From: Blepharisma stoltei ATCC 30299
Lineage: Eukaryota; Protista; Ciliophora
Reading direction: 5' to 3'
Assembly: GCA_965603825.1 (NCBI GenBank)
Contig: CBFDEM010000020.1
Coordinates: forward strand, 1 to 64,000
DNA length: 64,000 nucleotides
Shown piece after piece: positions 24,992-37,082 of this stretch; positions within the stretch are counted from its first letter, which is position 1; each line of letters begins with the position of its first letter. The position numbers and the translations under genes were made by a program. A model generated the notes under the pieces. That model saw nothing but the letters and a program-made list of their open reading frames with translations. It searched no databases and was not told where the DNA came from.

Positions 24992-27090
24992 ATGGAGGTA
25001 TCCAGTGAGTCACCTTACATAGCCTTGACCACTTCTTGCATCCCCTCCTCCAAGCAGATGTCTGAGGACTCAAAAATCCCTATCGCTGCCATAATCGCCC
25101 CATTTCTCCCCAATGAATCCCCATTACCCCAAGTAGTCTTCCACGAGTCCATTATCCGGTGCAAGGACTGTTTGTCCTATATAAACCCTTATGTAACTTT
25201 TGAAGAAGTCTGCCAATATTGAAGATGCAATATCTGCTCTGCTTTAAACCCTACCCCATCCTGGTATATGGCTCCAATTGATGATCAAGGCAAAAGAACA
25301 GATCTAAATAAAAGACCTGAGCTTACCCATAATTCTTATGATATTATTGCAACTGAGGACTACATGACGAGACCTCCTATGCCAGCAGTCTATTATTTTG
25401 TTATTGATATTTCAGCTTCTTCTCACGACGCAGATTTTCTTGATACCATTTGTGATACAATTCAGTCGCTAATAACAAAAAAGTCATTTCCAGGGATGCC
25501 AAGGACACTTGTAGGGCTTTTGGCGTTTGATACCGATTTGCATTTTGTGAGTCTTGACCCTAATCAAGACCAGCCAATGGTGTATACGGTCGCTGGGACT
25601 TTTGAAGAAGTATTTTTGCCTGTTCCTTATCAATCTCTCCTTGTACCATTAGAAGAATGCTCTGACTTGCTTACATCTGCTTTAGACCTTATAAGGACGC
25701 TTCATAGCACTCCTTTTGGCGTTGGGTTCCGCTCAGCTGTAATGGCCGCTTATCAAGTCTTATACAACCAAGGGGGAAAAGCTTTATTTTTCTTATCAGA
25801 CTGTCTTATAGAGTCAGGACACCCAAAAGATTTGAAATTAGATATGGATAATCCTTATTATAAAGAGCAAGCCCACAATATGAGCTCAATGCATATTTCT
25901 TGTGACCTTTTTGCCACATGTTCTCAGTTTTGTAATGTACAGACTTTATCTGAGCTTTCTTGGCACACTGGAGGAGACGTATATTTTTATTCACCATTCA
26001 GAGGAAAAAGCTCAATGGAAAAGCTGAGAAATGAAATAAATATAGCAGTGACTAAAGATATATGCTGGGAAGCTGCATTTAGGCTTAGAACTAACAAAGA
26101 GTTTAAAGCTGAAACAGTTTATGGGCATTTTTCTGTTAAATCTAGAGATTTGTTGTGTTTTCCTACATTTAATTACCATCAGACTATCGTATATGAATTT
26201 CATATTCATGGGACTGATCCTTTGCAGTCAATGCAAATGCAGACAGCAATGCTTTATTCCTCAAGCGAAGGTGAAAGAAAGGTAAGAGTCCATAACATCA
26301 GGGTAGACATAGCCAAAACAATTCATGACGTTTTAAATCACGCAAATTCTGACGCTTTAATCAATTTTTTTTCTAAAAGAGCTTTACAAGAAATGGTGCA
26401 TGCAGATAGGCTTAACTTAGGACGAGAATTTTTAGAAACCCGCTGCAAAGAAATAGCACTGGTATGTGTAAGAAATTTAGGGAAAATGCCAAAGAATTTA
26501 GAAGGGTTTACTTTTGGGATCCAAGGGATGATGAAAAGCTTCCTTTTTGCTAATCAGTATTTAGGCTGTAATAGTCATATAGACAATACAAATTTAGATT
26601 TATTCCAATTTTATAGGAGGAAGCTAGAAACTTTAGGGATTTCAGGCACCAAAATTTTTAGCTGCCCTTATCTGTTTCAGGTGAAGCCAAATGAGCCAGC
26701 AACACCTATAGGGCTTTCTAGTAAAAATATTGACCCTGAAGGAGTTTATTTATTAGACACAGGGGTGGAAATGCTATTATGAATAGGTAAGTATTTATTT
26801 ATGGGAGAGATGTCAATTCTGATTATCTCCAAGACTTGGTAGGGATGGAGAAGTTTGATTTAAGCAAGATGTATCAGGAACTTGAGCTGAAAGATGAAAA
26901 TTTGATGGAGTTTATTAATAGTCAAAGAGGAAGCTGTGGGGTGTATCAGAGTTTGACGATAATTCTGAATGGGGATAGCAGAGAACAAAGGTAAGAAAAA
27001 ATCAGCTTTTTCTCGAAGCTTGTGGAAGATAGGACACTTTTGCCGATTTCTTATCAGGAGTTTTACCAGAAAGTCTTTGGGTTTGTTTAG
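24992..27090 (+). CDS. SEC24: COPII coat subunit Sec24
   Basis: Zn finger RCKDCLSYINP..W(TGA)RCNIC, RPEL..YD..ATEDYM.RPPMPA.Y.FVID trunk, RKVRVHN, YLLDTG..LW(TGA)IG and C-terminal LVEDR..SY.EF. Two tiny introns at ~26787-26807 and 26991-27005. Confidence 0.93.
26991..27005 (+). other. 15-nt intron (Sec24)
   Basis: GTAAGAAAAAATCAG; removal deletes an in-frame TAA and restores the Sec24 C-terminus. Confidence 0.9.
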
Positions 27091-27168
27091 AGATATAACA
27101 CAATTAATCCATAGATAATTTCATTAATACTTCATATATTTATTAGAAAATCCAAAATATTACTTATC

Positions 27169-27327
27169 CTAGTTTTCTTTAGCTTTTTCTTTCTGCTTTA
27201 ACGTCTGTTTTGTCTTACTTCCTTCTGCTATCTCATCCTCATCAAGACACAAGAAATGGTACCCAATAATCATCACAACAACCACAGCTCCCAGCACATT
27301 CAGCAAGAAATAGAGCTCGTACTCCAT
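27169..27327 (-). CDS. OST4: 52-aa single-pass microprotein, OST4-like oligosaccharyltransferase subunit
   Basis: MEYELYFLLNVLGAVVVVMIIGYHFLCL plus a charged tail; the N.LG...YHF pattern is that of OST4. Below the ORF-track length cut-off. Confidence 0.65.
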   Translation of the reverse strand: MEYELYFLLNVLGAVVVVMIIGYHFLCLDEDEIAEGSKTKQTLKQKEKAKEN

Positions 27328-27389
27328 TTATAAAGTTTATATTACCCTTTTACTTATTATAATCTTATATTAATAATTCCACAAAAGCC

Positions 27390-28808
27390 TTACTTGACCT
27401 TCCTTTTTTTCCTCACAATTTTCGTTACCATACTTTTGATCTCTTGTACCATTTCTTTTGTAACAATTGTGGTGGCAGTGATCGTGTCCTTTGTGAGATC
27501 ATCTGTTTCCACCTTAAATGGCCTAGAAATATAGGCTGGGATCTTGATTGGCTTGATTTTCCACTTGCCAAAGGCAGATCTGAGCGTTGATTTATATATA
27601 ATTAGGGATAGTCTGACTGCGGTCATGCTCATATGTTTATCATTTTTTAATGATAAATCTTGGAGTTTTGACTGCAACTGGGACAGTTTTAGCATAAATT
27701 CTTCTTGTTTGGCTTCAAGCTCTTGTTTACAAGCTTTATTAGGTATGGCTGTTCCGTATTTTTGGACGTTATCAATGTCTTTTAAGGCTAACCGAGACTC
27801 TTCTTGGAATATAGCAGCTTTGGCTTGCAGCTCTTTGTTCTCTGACTGGAGCTTTTTAAGCTTTTCTTTGAGGATTTCTATGTCATTTTCTGCAGTCTTG
27901 GCTTCTTTATTAGATTTTTCTGAGTGATGCCTTCGGAATTGGTGGGGTTTTTGTGGATGATCTTTATGAAAGCTTAAGTTGTCAAGCTTGCTGCTATTAA
28001 GTCAAGAGTCTGAGTCGTGGCGATTTATTTTCTCAGCATTCCGCTTCATAAAATTAAGGATTTTTTCAGTGCTGGTCAAAGTGGTGTCAGAAGTGGCTGC
28101 TAAATGGTATTGGTTCGAGGTACTTGTCGATAAAAAAATGTTTTCTTTAATGCATTGGTTTATCATAGCCCGAATTCCTGTAGGGGTGAATAAGTAAGGG
28201 TGCTTAAGGGTTCTATTTATGAATTCTCTAGCTGAAATGTGGATATTTTGTGAGAGAAGCTGCTTTTTGTAAGAGGAAATAAAATCTTTTTGCCCATCGA
28301 TGAGCTTTTGTTCGATATCTGCCAGTTTTTCCATAGAAATCTGGTCAGGTTTTTTGCCTTGTGCTAAGCATACAAGATTGATTGATAATGAGGAAAGAAT
28401 TTCAAGAAATTCTTCTATTTGTTCTTCATTGATTTTGTTAGTTGTCCATCTCATTGCATGGTGAAATAGACGAGCTTTTACCTTTAGCAAATCTTCTGAT
28501 AATAAAATGACCAAAATTTTCAGTTTTTTTATGGAAATTTTGTCATCTTGTGTCAAGTTTTGATAAAATGTGCTGACTCTTCCACTGTTGTGTGGAAAAG
28601 AATTAGAAGGAAATTTAAAGAAGAACAAGATCTCGCATAATGATTTTTCAGAAATAAATTCTTCAGACTCTTGGTTTGATTCTATGCACTCTATCATTTC
28701 TTCAGCTTTGCAGTCATAGAAGTTTAGCTCTCTTTCTCAGTGGGAGATTTTAGAATCATCGATTTTCAAATGGGGAAGACTGTTGGTATTTGATGCAGAG
28801 CATCCCAT
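27390..28808 (-). CDS. 472-aa protein, N-acylation motif MGCSAS, C-terminal coiled coil
   Basis: Track ORFs 28002-28697 and 27390-27695 join in frame through TGA; the in-frame ATG at 28808 is reached through another TGA. Confidence 0.8.
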
Positions 28809-29708
28809 ATTTTATGTGAAGATTCGTTTTTTTATTTATTTTTCAGCTAGAATTAGAAAGATTTCTAGTGATATTTGATAAAAATTTTGGATTGAGGTAA
28901 GGATGTCGTTATGCAGATTTTATTAAAATGGGAATTATTTAGGGGAAGAAATGGAATTATTTTTTATTAGGGTTGTATAGAAATAATATTTTTGATTTTT
29001 GAAGTTTTAAGCATAAGCTAAAAGTATAAATTAATTAAGTATTAGATATTAAGATATCAGTGAGGAAAGAAAGCTAAAGTAAATTGAAATGAGATATAGT
29101 TTTTATGGAAGAGTGATAAGACTGGAGCCACTTAATAATTATTAAGCATGAAATGTTAAGAATTAAGTAAGAGCATTATGATCAATAAAACAATTTACTG
29201 ATGAAATGCTTCAAGATTGTTAATTTCTCAATTTAGATCAGAATATTTATAGTGAAAACCCTTAATAATTAAAAATCTACCTGTACAGAGCCAATGTAAG
29301 CATCCTCAACCAATCAGATGTAGAAAAATAAAACAAACTCAAAGTCTTCGGAAAATTAAAATGAAAGATCTTATTAAAACTTTGAGTAAAATTAAAACTA
29401 GTTGAGAGGGTTAACAATTTTGGATTGCGAGATTTTAGAAGAAAAATAGAGTGGTGATGACAGAAAAGTTATTTTAATGGCTTTGCCTGAAAAAAATTTT
29501 TAATCGAATGGCATTATTCAGAATGCTCTTATATTCAAGAAATCTTTTAAGCAAAGCTAGAGAAACAATAGGCGTATTGGCAAATATTAAATGTGGAAAG
29601 CTGTGCTATACCTTTAAAGAGTAGTTTTTGCAGTTGCCCTAATATCACATTGGCAGCTTTAATTTAAGAATTAATATTTAAATAATTAAAAATATCCGTT
29701 TTGCTTAA

Positions 29709-30551
29709 ATGGAAGAGAACTCGAATGAAGTCGATATAAGAAACGTATCTGAAATTACTCCTTTAGTCAACGACACTCGCCGAGAATTTCGAAATGCAAT
29801 TGGAGAAGCTGTTTACGTCAGCTATATCTCATCAAATAGCTTTATTTTCATTCTTTTTACCTTATGCTCTGCCAAAGTAAATTTAATTTAGCTTATTACT
29901 TGTGTAACGATTTTTCACTATGCTAAAACTGACACTGATACCCCACTGAACGCTTTTATTATTGGAAATTTAATAATTGATGCTTTATTTATGCTTATTC
30001 TTGGGTTGAAATATTTATCTAATGAATTCGACTGCTCTATGACAGTTAAGAAAAATTTACTTATCGTGCACAGTATAGTTGGACTGTAATCTATAATTAG
30101 AGGTTATTTTATATGGCTTGTAATAGGAAACTACTGGTTTTATACTTGTGATGGGTGCTTTGACGATGCTCCTTTGTTAACTTGGCTTGCTTTTAGCTTG
30201 ATATTTTTAGGGTATATGTATTTTTGTATGCCTGTATTTTTGTGTATTGGGATGTGCATATGTTTTCCTATTACTCTTGTGGTTTTACTATTATTAAAAG
30301 TAAAAGTACAAAAACATGCCAGCGAATCATTGATAAATAAGTTGAAATCCCAAAATTTTAGCCCAGAAAATCATATAGGAGAAACTGCATGTACAATTTG
30401 CTCCTATGAATTTGTAGAAGGAGACTCTATTATTGTTCTGCCCTGTGATTCAAGACATTTCTTCCATGAAACTTGCTGCAAGCAATGGCTTAGAATAAAA
30501 TCAGCATGTCCGTATTGTCGAAAACAAATAACTGAAGATAATATTAATTAG
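29709..30551 (+). CDS. Multi-pass membrane RING-H2 E3 ubiquitin ligase
   Basis: TM helices, WLVIGNYW, and C-terminal CTIC..LPCDSRHFFHETC..W..CPYCR. Two 15-nt introns. Confidence 0.9.
29877..29891 (+). other. 15-nt intron (RING E3)
   Basis: GTAAATTTAATTTAG; removes an in-frame TAG. Confidence 0.9.
30086..30100 (+). other. 15-nt intron (RING E3)
   Basis: GTAATCTATAATTAG; removes an in-frame TAA. Confidence 0.9.
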
Positions 30552-30564
30552 CTTTTTATATAGC

Positions 30565-31668
30565 TTAATTAGATTTCAACTTAATCCAATGGAATGAGTC
30601 ATCTGAATCATGATGTTTTTCTTCACCAAATATAATTGATAGCAATTGCGGCAAAAGAAAGGTGTGGGCAAACCCAAATGTGTATCTATGGATACTCAGC
30701 ACGAAAATAAGAACTAGACCGTTTAAATTCTCAAGGATCATAGCGTCAATATATTTTAATGATGCCATTAAAAAGTGGTGTAAGACGATAGATACGATAA
30801 GCAGTATGATGCTAAACTTGGGATAGGCTTTATTTTTCAAAAAATAGACACCAATAATCATTCCGGCAATAAACATCACAATGTTGGTTTCCCCAAAGCT
30901 TTTTATCATCGGACTATATACCGATAGCCCAGTATGGCATCTTTCCCTATATTTCTCGCTCCAGCTTGGATTCCATAAAGGATTTCTGTAATCGTATATA
31001 AAAGCTCCAACTATCAATCCAGCAACTAAAACTACATGTGTTTGTAAAACTGAATTAGTATTATTTCTGAAGCTTTTAATGTACTCCAGGGTGTTAGGGT
31101 GTAAAAGAATTGCCACAACAAGTGCTGCATATGAATATCCCAAAATAACTTGGAAATGGAAATGGACACCGATATATACCCTATCAATAGCTGTAATAAG
31201 TGATATAAAAATAACGATTATTGTTCTCCAGAGCTTGGAATCTGCAGTTTTAATCCATATATAGCCTAAAATAAATAAGCCTCCGCCAGCTGACATAGCG
31301 TGGCCTGAAGGCGTTCCAAAGTCCTTTGGGCATTCTTCTCCTTCTAAATTTGAATATTTCCAAAAAGGTCTGGGATGTGCAAATTCCATTTTAAGGGCTC
31401 CAGAAATGCAGACACCAAGAAGGCCACATATCAGGCCTACTAACCCTATGTCTCTTTTGCCAATTAGGAAAAGCGTGCCACTCATGAGGAGGAAACCAAC
31501 GCCTGTAACCTTTCCTACATGACTAAAAATATATTCGATAGTTTCGTTATCTCTTTTTTGTAGCCATCTTGTTAGGCTTGCACTGGAATCTTCAAGTTCG
31601 TCTTCTTTGAGAATTGCTATAATTGTGAGCACGAAAGCAAGTAAAGCAAAAAACAAAATGGTTTTCAT
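30565..31668 (-). CDS. PAP2-superfamily membrane phosphatase (glucose-6-phosphatase-like)
   Basis: Motifs KMEFAHPRP, PSGH and DRVYIGVH; many TM helices. Confidence 0.9.
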   Translation of the reverse strand: MKTILFFALLAFVLTIIAILKEDELEDSSASLTRWLQKRDNETIEYIFSHVGKVTGVGFLLMSGTLFLIGKRDIGLVGLICGLLGVCISGALKMEFAHPRPFWKYSNLEGEECPKDFGTPSGHAMSAGGGLFILGYIWIKTADSKLWRTIIVIFISLITAIDRVYIGVHFHFQVILGYSYAALVVAILLHPNTLEYIKSFRNNTNSVLQTHVVLVAGLIVGAFIYDYRNPLWNPSWSEKYRERCHTGLSVYSPMIKSFGETNIVMFIAGMIIGVYFLKNKAYPKFSIILLIVSIVLHHFLMASLKYIDAMILENLNGLVLIFVLSIHRYTFGFAHTFLLPQLLSIIFGEEKHHDSDDSFHWIKLKSN

Positions 31669-32612
31669 TGGATTATTATTAGATATGTAATGGATAGTTA
31701 TTATAATTTACAAATTTTAAATTCACTTACTAAGTTTAACATTATTGCTTGGAAATGTAGATTACATTTCTAAATAAATTTATCATAGGCAATAAAATAG
31801 GGTAACTGGCTATTTATTAGTATTTGTATAGGTTCTTTGGGAATCGGCATTTTAAAAGTCAAAATGAAAATACTGATGTGATAATGGATTTTCTCTCGAC
31901 TGCATTAATACGTTCTAAATTATTTTCATTTGCAAAATACTAAGTATGCAGGAGTTAAAATTGATTTAGAAGTCTCAGTGGTTATAATTTTTAATTCTTA
32001 AATAAAAAAATAGTTGGTTTGACGTTCTCTGCTTTATAAGCTTATCTAAGCATTTAAAATGGAGCTAATAGCATGAGCTGAATCCTATGAGACTCGATTG
32101 ATTTAGCGCCATTTCTGTCACTCAGATATTATATTTGCTTAGGTTCATCAAAAAATGAAAATTTATTTTAATTTATCATTTATTCAATTGTCGGCTTCTT
32201 AATTTCGTTATTATAAAAATTTATTGGAAATAAAGAGCTTCTATTTATAATCATATTGAAGTTCAGATTAAACTGTAAGTCTTTTAAATTTTTTTCTAGA
32301 CCTATCATTTGCTTTAATTTAAAAACTATGCAGCCTTGTATTGTTCATTTGGTGAATTTATATTATTACAAAGCTATATCTTAATCTTTTGAAAATGCTT
32401 GGCACTAATAATCTCTGAAGTGAAATAGCAACTTATAGAGATCTCATTTCAATGTTTAGTTATGCCAAATTTTTGCTTTTATTCATATCTAAATATCAAT
32501 CAAATTTCTTTCTCCTAAATTATATCCTTCTTGCAAGCTGTCTTTCATAAAAATTCTCTAAATAGTTGCCAAACTCTCTATTTTGCAAATATTTAAAATT
32601 TTATAAATTAAA

Positions 32613-35333
32613 ATGGGACATCATTCTAGAAGTCACCACCATTCAAGACACAGATCAAGAGATCGCCGCTCTCATTCTCGAGATCATTCATCTGAGCGCA
32701 AGCACCGTAAGAGTGACTCTCGGCATAGGAATCATAGAAAAAGCAAAAGAACAAGCGAAGAGCGAGAATTGCGCAAAAAACAAGAACGACTTGCCAAGGC
32801 CAGAATTCTGCTTCTTCAAGAGGAAGAAGAAGCCGAAATGCTCCCTATGGCACAGGACGCTTCAAAAGATGTGCAAAACTCTGAGAATCCTTCTCAGCAG
32901 GACCGCTTTCGTGACGAACTGGAGTTTGATGAAGAAATGCCAATTCACCCTGTAAAAGACCTGAGCTCAGAAATTGACCCCCTCGATCAATATATGATGG
33001 AAATCGACAAAGAAGCAGTCCCACAAGAAGGCAAAGCAAGAAACCAACAAATTGATGAGGTAGATGAAGAAATAGATGAAGACGGCCTAGACGAAGACGA
33101 ATACCATATGCAATTTCTCCAAGCCTTCACTAAAAAACAAGATCCTGTCCAAGAAAACGATAAAAAACCTGAAGTCTTGTTTGAGGAAGAAGGAGAAACC
33201 GCATGGGACATGCTACTAGAAAACGATGAAACTGAGGAATTTTTAAAAAAGGTAAAAAATATATAGCAAAGAAAAATGCAAGACAAAAGAACCCTGCCTA
33301 CGATTGACCACTCTCAGATACAGTACGAACCTTTTAGGAAAGACTTGTATATACCTTGTAAAGAACTAACCAATCTTGAGTACGAAGAATTGCAACAAAT
33401 GCGAGAAGATGTCGGAGATATAAAGGTCAGAGGCAAAAGATGCCCAGCACCAATACTTAATTGGTATCAGTGCGGGTTAAGTGACAAAATGTTAGGGGTA
33501 CTGGATAAAAAACAGTTTAAAGGCCCATTCGCTATACAATCTCAAGTAATTACTATATAGGCAATCCCAGCAATAATGGCAGGCCGAGATGTAATAGGAA
33601 TTGCAGAAACAGGCTCAGGCAAAACTTTAGCTTATTTATTACCTATGTTCCGTCATATTTTAGACCAAAGACCTCTACAAGATGGTGATGGTCCAATAGC
33701 TTTAATTTTAGCTCCTACCAGGGAGCTGGCTTTCCAGATCTACGCTGAGGCAAAATCATTCTGCAAACACCTCAATTTACGCTGTGTATGTGTATATGGA
33801 GGCTCAGGGGTTTCAACCCAACTATCAGACCTAAAAAGAGGCGCTGAAATAGTAGTCTGCACTCCTGGGAGAATGATTGACGTTCTGTGCCTCAGTAACA
33901 GTAAAATTACTAATCTCAGAAGAGTCACTTATTTAGTAATAGATGAGGCTGACCGTATGTTTGACATGGGCTTCGAGCCACAAATAAGCAAAATTGTTGA
34001 AAATACCCGCCCTGACCGCCAAACAGTAATGTTTTCTGCTACTTTTCCTCGGTCAGTGGAAAAGCTTGCCAAACAAATTTTAGTAAAGCCTGTAGAAATC
34101 GTCGTTGGAGGCAGAAACAAGACTTGTGACACTATAGACCAGTTTGTAGAGGTCGTCGAAGAGGACGAAAAGTTCAACAGACTGCTAGAAATCCTTGAAG
34201 AATGGGTTGGAAATGGCAGCATTTTGATTTTTGTTGAGCGGCATGACGAAGCTGACGAGCTTTTTAAAGACTTAATCAAAGAAGGCTATGAGTGCTTAGT
34301 CCTTCATGGTGGGCATGATCAAGTTGACAGAGATTTCACCATCTCCGACTTCAAAAAAGGCGAAAAGACTTTAATGGTAGCTACTTCTTTAGCAGCCCGA
34401 GGGCTTGATATAAAGCAGCTTAATCTCGTCATAAACTACCGATGTCCAAACCACATGGAAGACTATATCCACAGGATTGGGAGAACAGGCCGCGCAGGTA
34501 ATAAAGGTACAGCGATTACTTTTATAACAAAAGAAGAAAAAAAGTATGCCTGGGAGCTTATCAAGGTGTTGGAAGCGTCAAATCAGGACATTTCTGAAGA
34601 CTTGCTAGACCTTTCACTAGAATTTAAACAGATGGTTGATTCTGGAGAGGCAAAACCATATAGATCAAGAGGATTTAGAGGGAAAGGATTTAAGTTTACT
34701 GGGGAAGAGAAGGAAAAAGTCAAAGAAAGCAGAAAAAAATCGAAAAAAGACTATGTGTTTAGCGATAGTGACACTGATGTGTCAGATGTGGAGGACTCAA
34801 AACCACTTAAAAAGTCTGAAATGACTATTGCGGATTTCATAAAAGACCCCAAAATTAAGGCTGCGGCTATGTCTGCTGCGCAGACTGCAGCTAAGGCTGC
34901 AATAATGAGTGGAAACTCTCACAATGCCCTAAACGCAGCTAAAGAAGCTATAGAATTAATTGTCCTGCAAATGAAAAACCAGCCTACCCCTGAAGAATCC
35001 TTAGAAAATGTCCTTAAAATCAGAGATGAATGGGCTGCCAAAGTGGCAGAAAGCACCGGAAAAGTATTTGTTGAATTAGATATCAATGATTATCCTTTGT
35101 CTGCAAGAACAAGAGTTATGAGCCGAGACTATTTGAACACCATAAACGACCTAACTGGCTGCTCTGTAAGTGTAAGAGGCACTTATGTCGACCCTAGCAA
35201 GAAAACAGGCATTGGGCAAAGACGAATCCACCTGTTCATAGAAGGCCCAAGTAAGCTGCACTGCAATAACGCTCGCAACGAAATCAAAAGGTTTTTAGAA
35301 GACTTAAGCCCATCATTGGCAATTACTTATTAA
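32613..35333 (+). CDS. DDX46: DEAD-box RNA helicase Prp5/DDX46
   Basis: RS-rich N-terminus, DPLDQYM, AETGSGKT, DEADRMFDMGFEPQ, SAT, HRIGRTGRAG and a C-terminal KH-like INDYP..R. Two 15-nt introns. Confidence 0.95.
33252..33266 (+). other. 15-nt intron (DDX46)
   Basis: GTAAAAAATATATAG joins two in-frame ORFs. Confidence 0.92.
33546..33560 (+). other. 15-nt intron (DDX46)
   Basis: GTAATTACTATATAG; removal restores the Q-motif IQSQAIPAIMAGRD. Confidence 0.95.
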
Positions 35334-35341
35334 TCTTTTAC

Positions 35342-36988
35342 TTATATATCTCCTCCCCAGAATCTCTTCTGACTTTTTCCATAATTAAAAGTTTCGCTTC
35401 CTTTGGCCATCACTACCTTTTGGTTTCCCGCCGCATCAGTTTCTAAGTATCTAGGAATCGTTGTATTCTCGCACCAGCCTTCTCCGCCTACTATATGCCA
35501 GGCATTTCTGATCATAAGTTCAAATTCATCATCTCTATCAATGCTAGCTGAGACGTCTTTATAATATTCTTCGAATTCTTCGACACTTACAATGCCGTCC
35601 TGCTTTATAGTGTCCCATTGTGACATAAATTCAGTCAAAATTTGGTCCCGCGTTTTGGTCCCTGCTTGGAACTCAGGGTGGAAAGAGACGTCATAGGCAA
35701 TTCTCATGTCTTCTAATGTGACGTGGCCGTCACCATTTTTGTCAAGTTTTTGGTAAGCGAGGTCTATAAGTCTTTTGCGGCGAGAATTGAGATCTCCTCG
35801 GAGGGCGTAGAGAAATTCATCATAAGAGACTTTTCCGTCCTTGTTGCGGTCGAAGAATTTGAAAAGTTTATCGACGTCGACTGGGCTTAACATGTGCCCG
35901 TTTTCTCGCAAGCCCCATTCAAATTCTGAGTGGGATAAGTTTCGGTCTCTGGACCGGTCCATTCTTCTGAAAACTATGCCAAGGCCTCGGATACCATTGG
36001 TGCCTCTTCTTAATAGTTCAGATTTGACTTTATTTAAAGCGTCAGCTGGGAATTCTTCTTTTGGTAAAAATTGATGTCGGCCAGCAGCTCCTTTTTTGGC
36101 GAAATGTCCTGAGAATTCTTCGTAGTCTAAAAACCCTGAATGATCAGCGTCAAATTTGTCGAAAAGCGACCTGATTTCGATTTCTGTAAAAACACAGCCC
36201 CAGTTCTCTAGGCATCTTTTAAATTCGTCAAGAGAAATAGACCCTGATCTGTCCCTATCGAAATGCCGAAAAGTTTTAAGCATGGCTCTTCCTTCATCTT
36301 CATCGCCTTTGCATCTTTGTCTGATTTTCTCATATATCATTTCTTCAATCTGCTCAATTCTTGGTAATGGGACCAATGATTGTGCTGAGCTGAAATTTCA
36401 GCATCCCACAAGCAAATTTGTGAAAAACCGTTCTTGCTCAGCTGGGATTGTAGAATTCACACTTGTATAATAAGAAATAAAGCTGGGCTTTGAAATGGAC
36501 TGATTTTGAGCATATTTTCTTATTGAGCTTTGGAAATCTTGCCTAATTGCTTCAGGAGTTTTTTCTCTAGCAAGGACACGTGGATGCTGATTTTCATTGT
36601 AAAGCTTATAAAGCTGCTCAAGCGGCAATGCTCCTCTTCTTTCAAAATCTAGATTTTGCCATGCTCGATTTACAGCTGTTAGCCTGCTTTCAGAAAGATT
36701 TAACTGTAGCCCAGAAACAAGCTCAGATTCTGTGACCTCGCCGCTGCGGCTTTTATTGAAAAACCTAAAAAGGTCGTTAAGCTCTTGCGTTGGCAAAAAC
36801 AAGCCAGTCTTGTTTAAAAAAGTTTCAAATTTGGCACGATTTAAGCTGTTATTTCTGTCTGAGTCGCATTCCTATATAAAGCTTACATAAAACAGCTGGA
36901 TTGCTTTTTCAAGCCCATCAATTTTATTGGCATGCAGTCCTGCTCGCAGGCGGTTTTGCAGTGAAGAAATTTTATTTGTCAAGTCCAT
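35342..36988 (-). CDS. Multi-EF-hand calcyphosin-like protein
   Basis: Repeated EF hands, GIRGLGIVFRRMD and YYKDVSASIDRDDEFELMIRNAW. ORFs join through TGA at 36398 and an intron at 36872-36886; ATG at 36988. Confidence 0.9.
36872..36886 (-). other. 15-nt intron (calcyphosin-like gene)
   Basis: GTAAGCTTTATATAG on the minus strand, phase 0, removes a TAG. Confidence 0.88.
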
Positions 36989-37082
36989 TTTTATATAAAT
37001 TAAAAAATATTTTAAACAATTAATCTAGACAAGCCTTTTGTATAGCATTAAAAGCAAGCATGAAATTTTCTCTATATAAATT

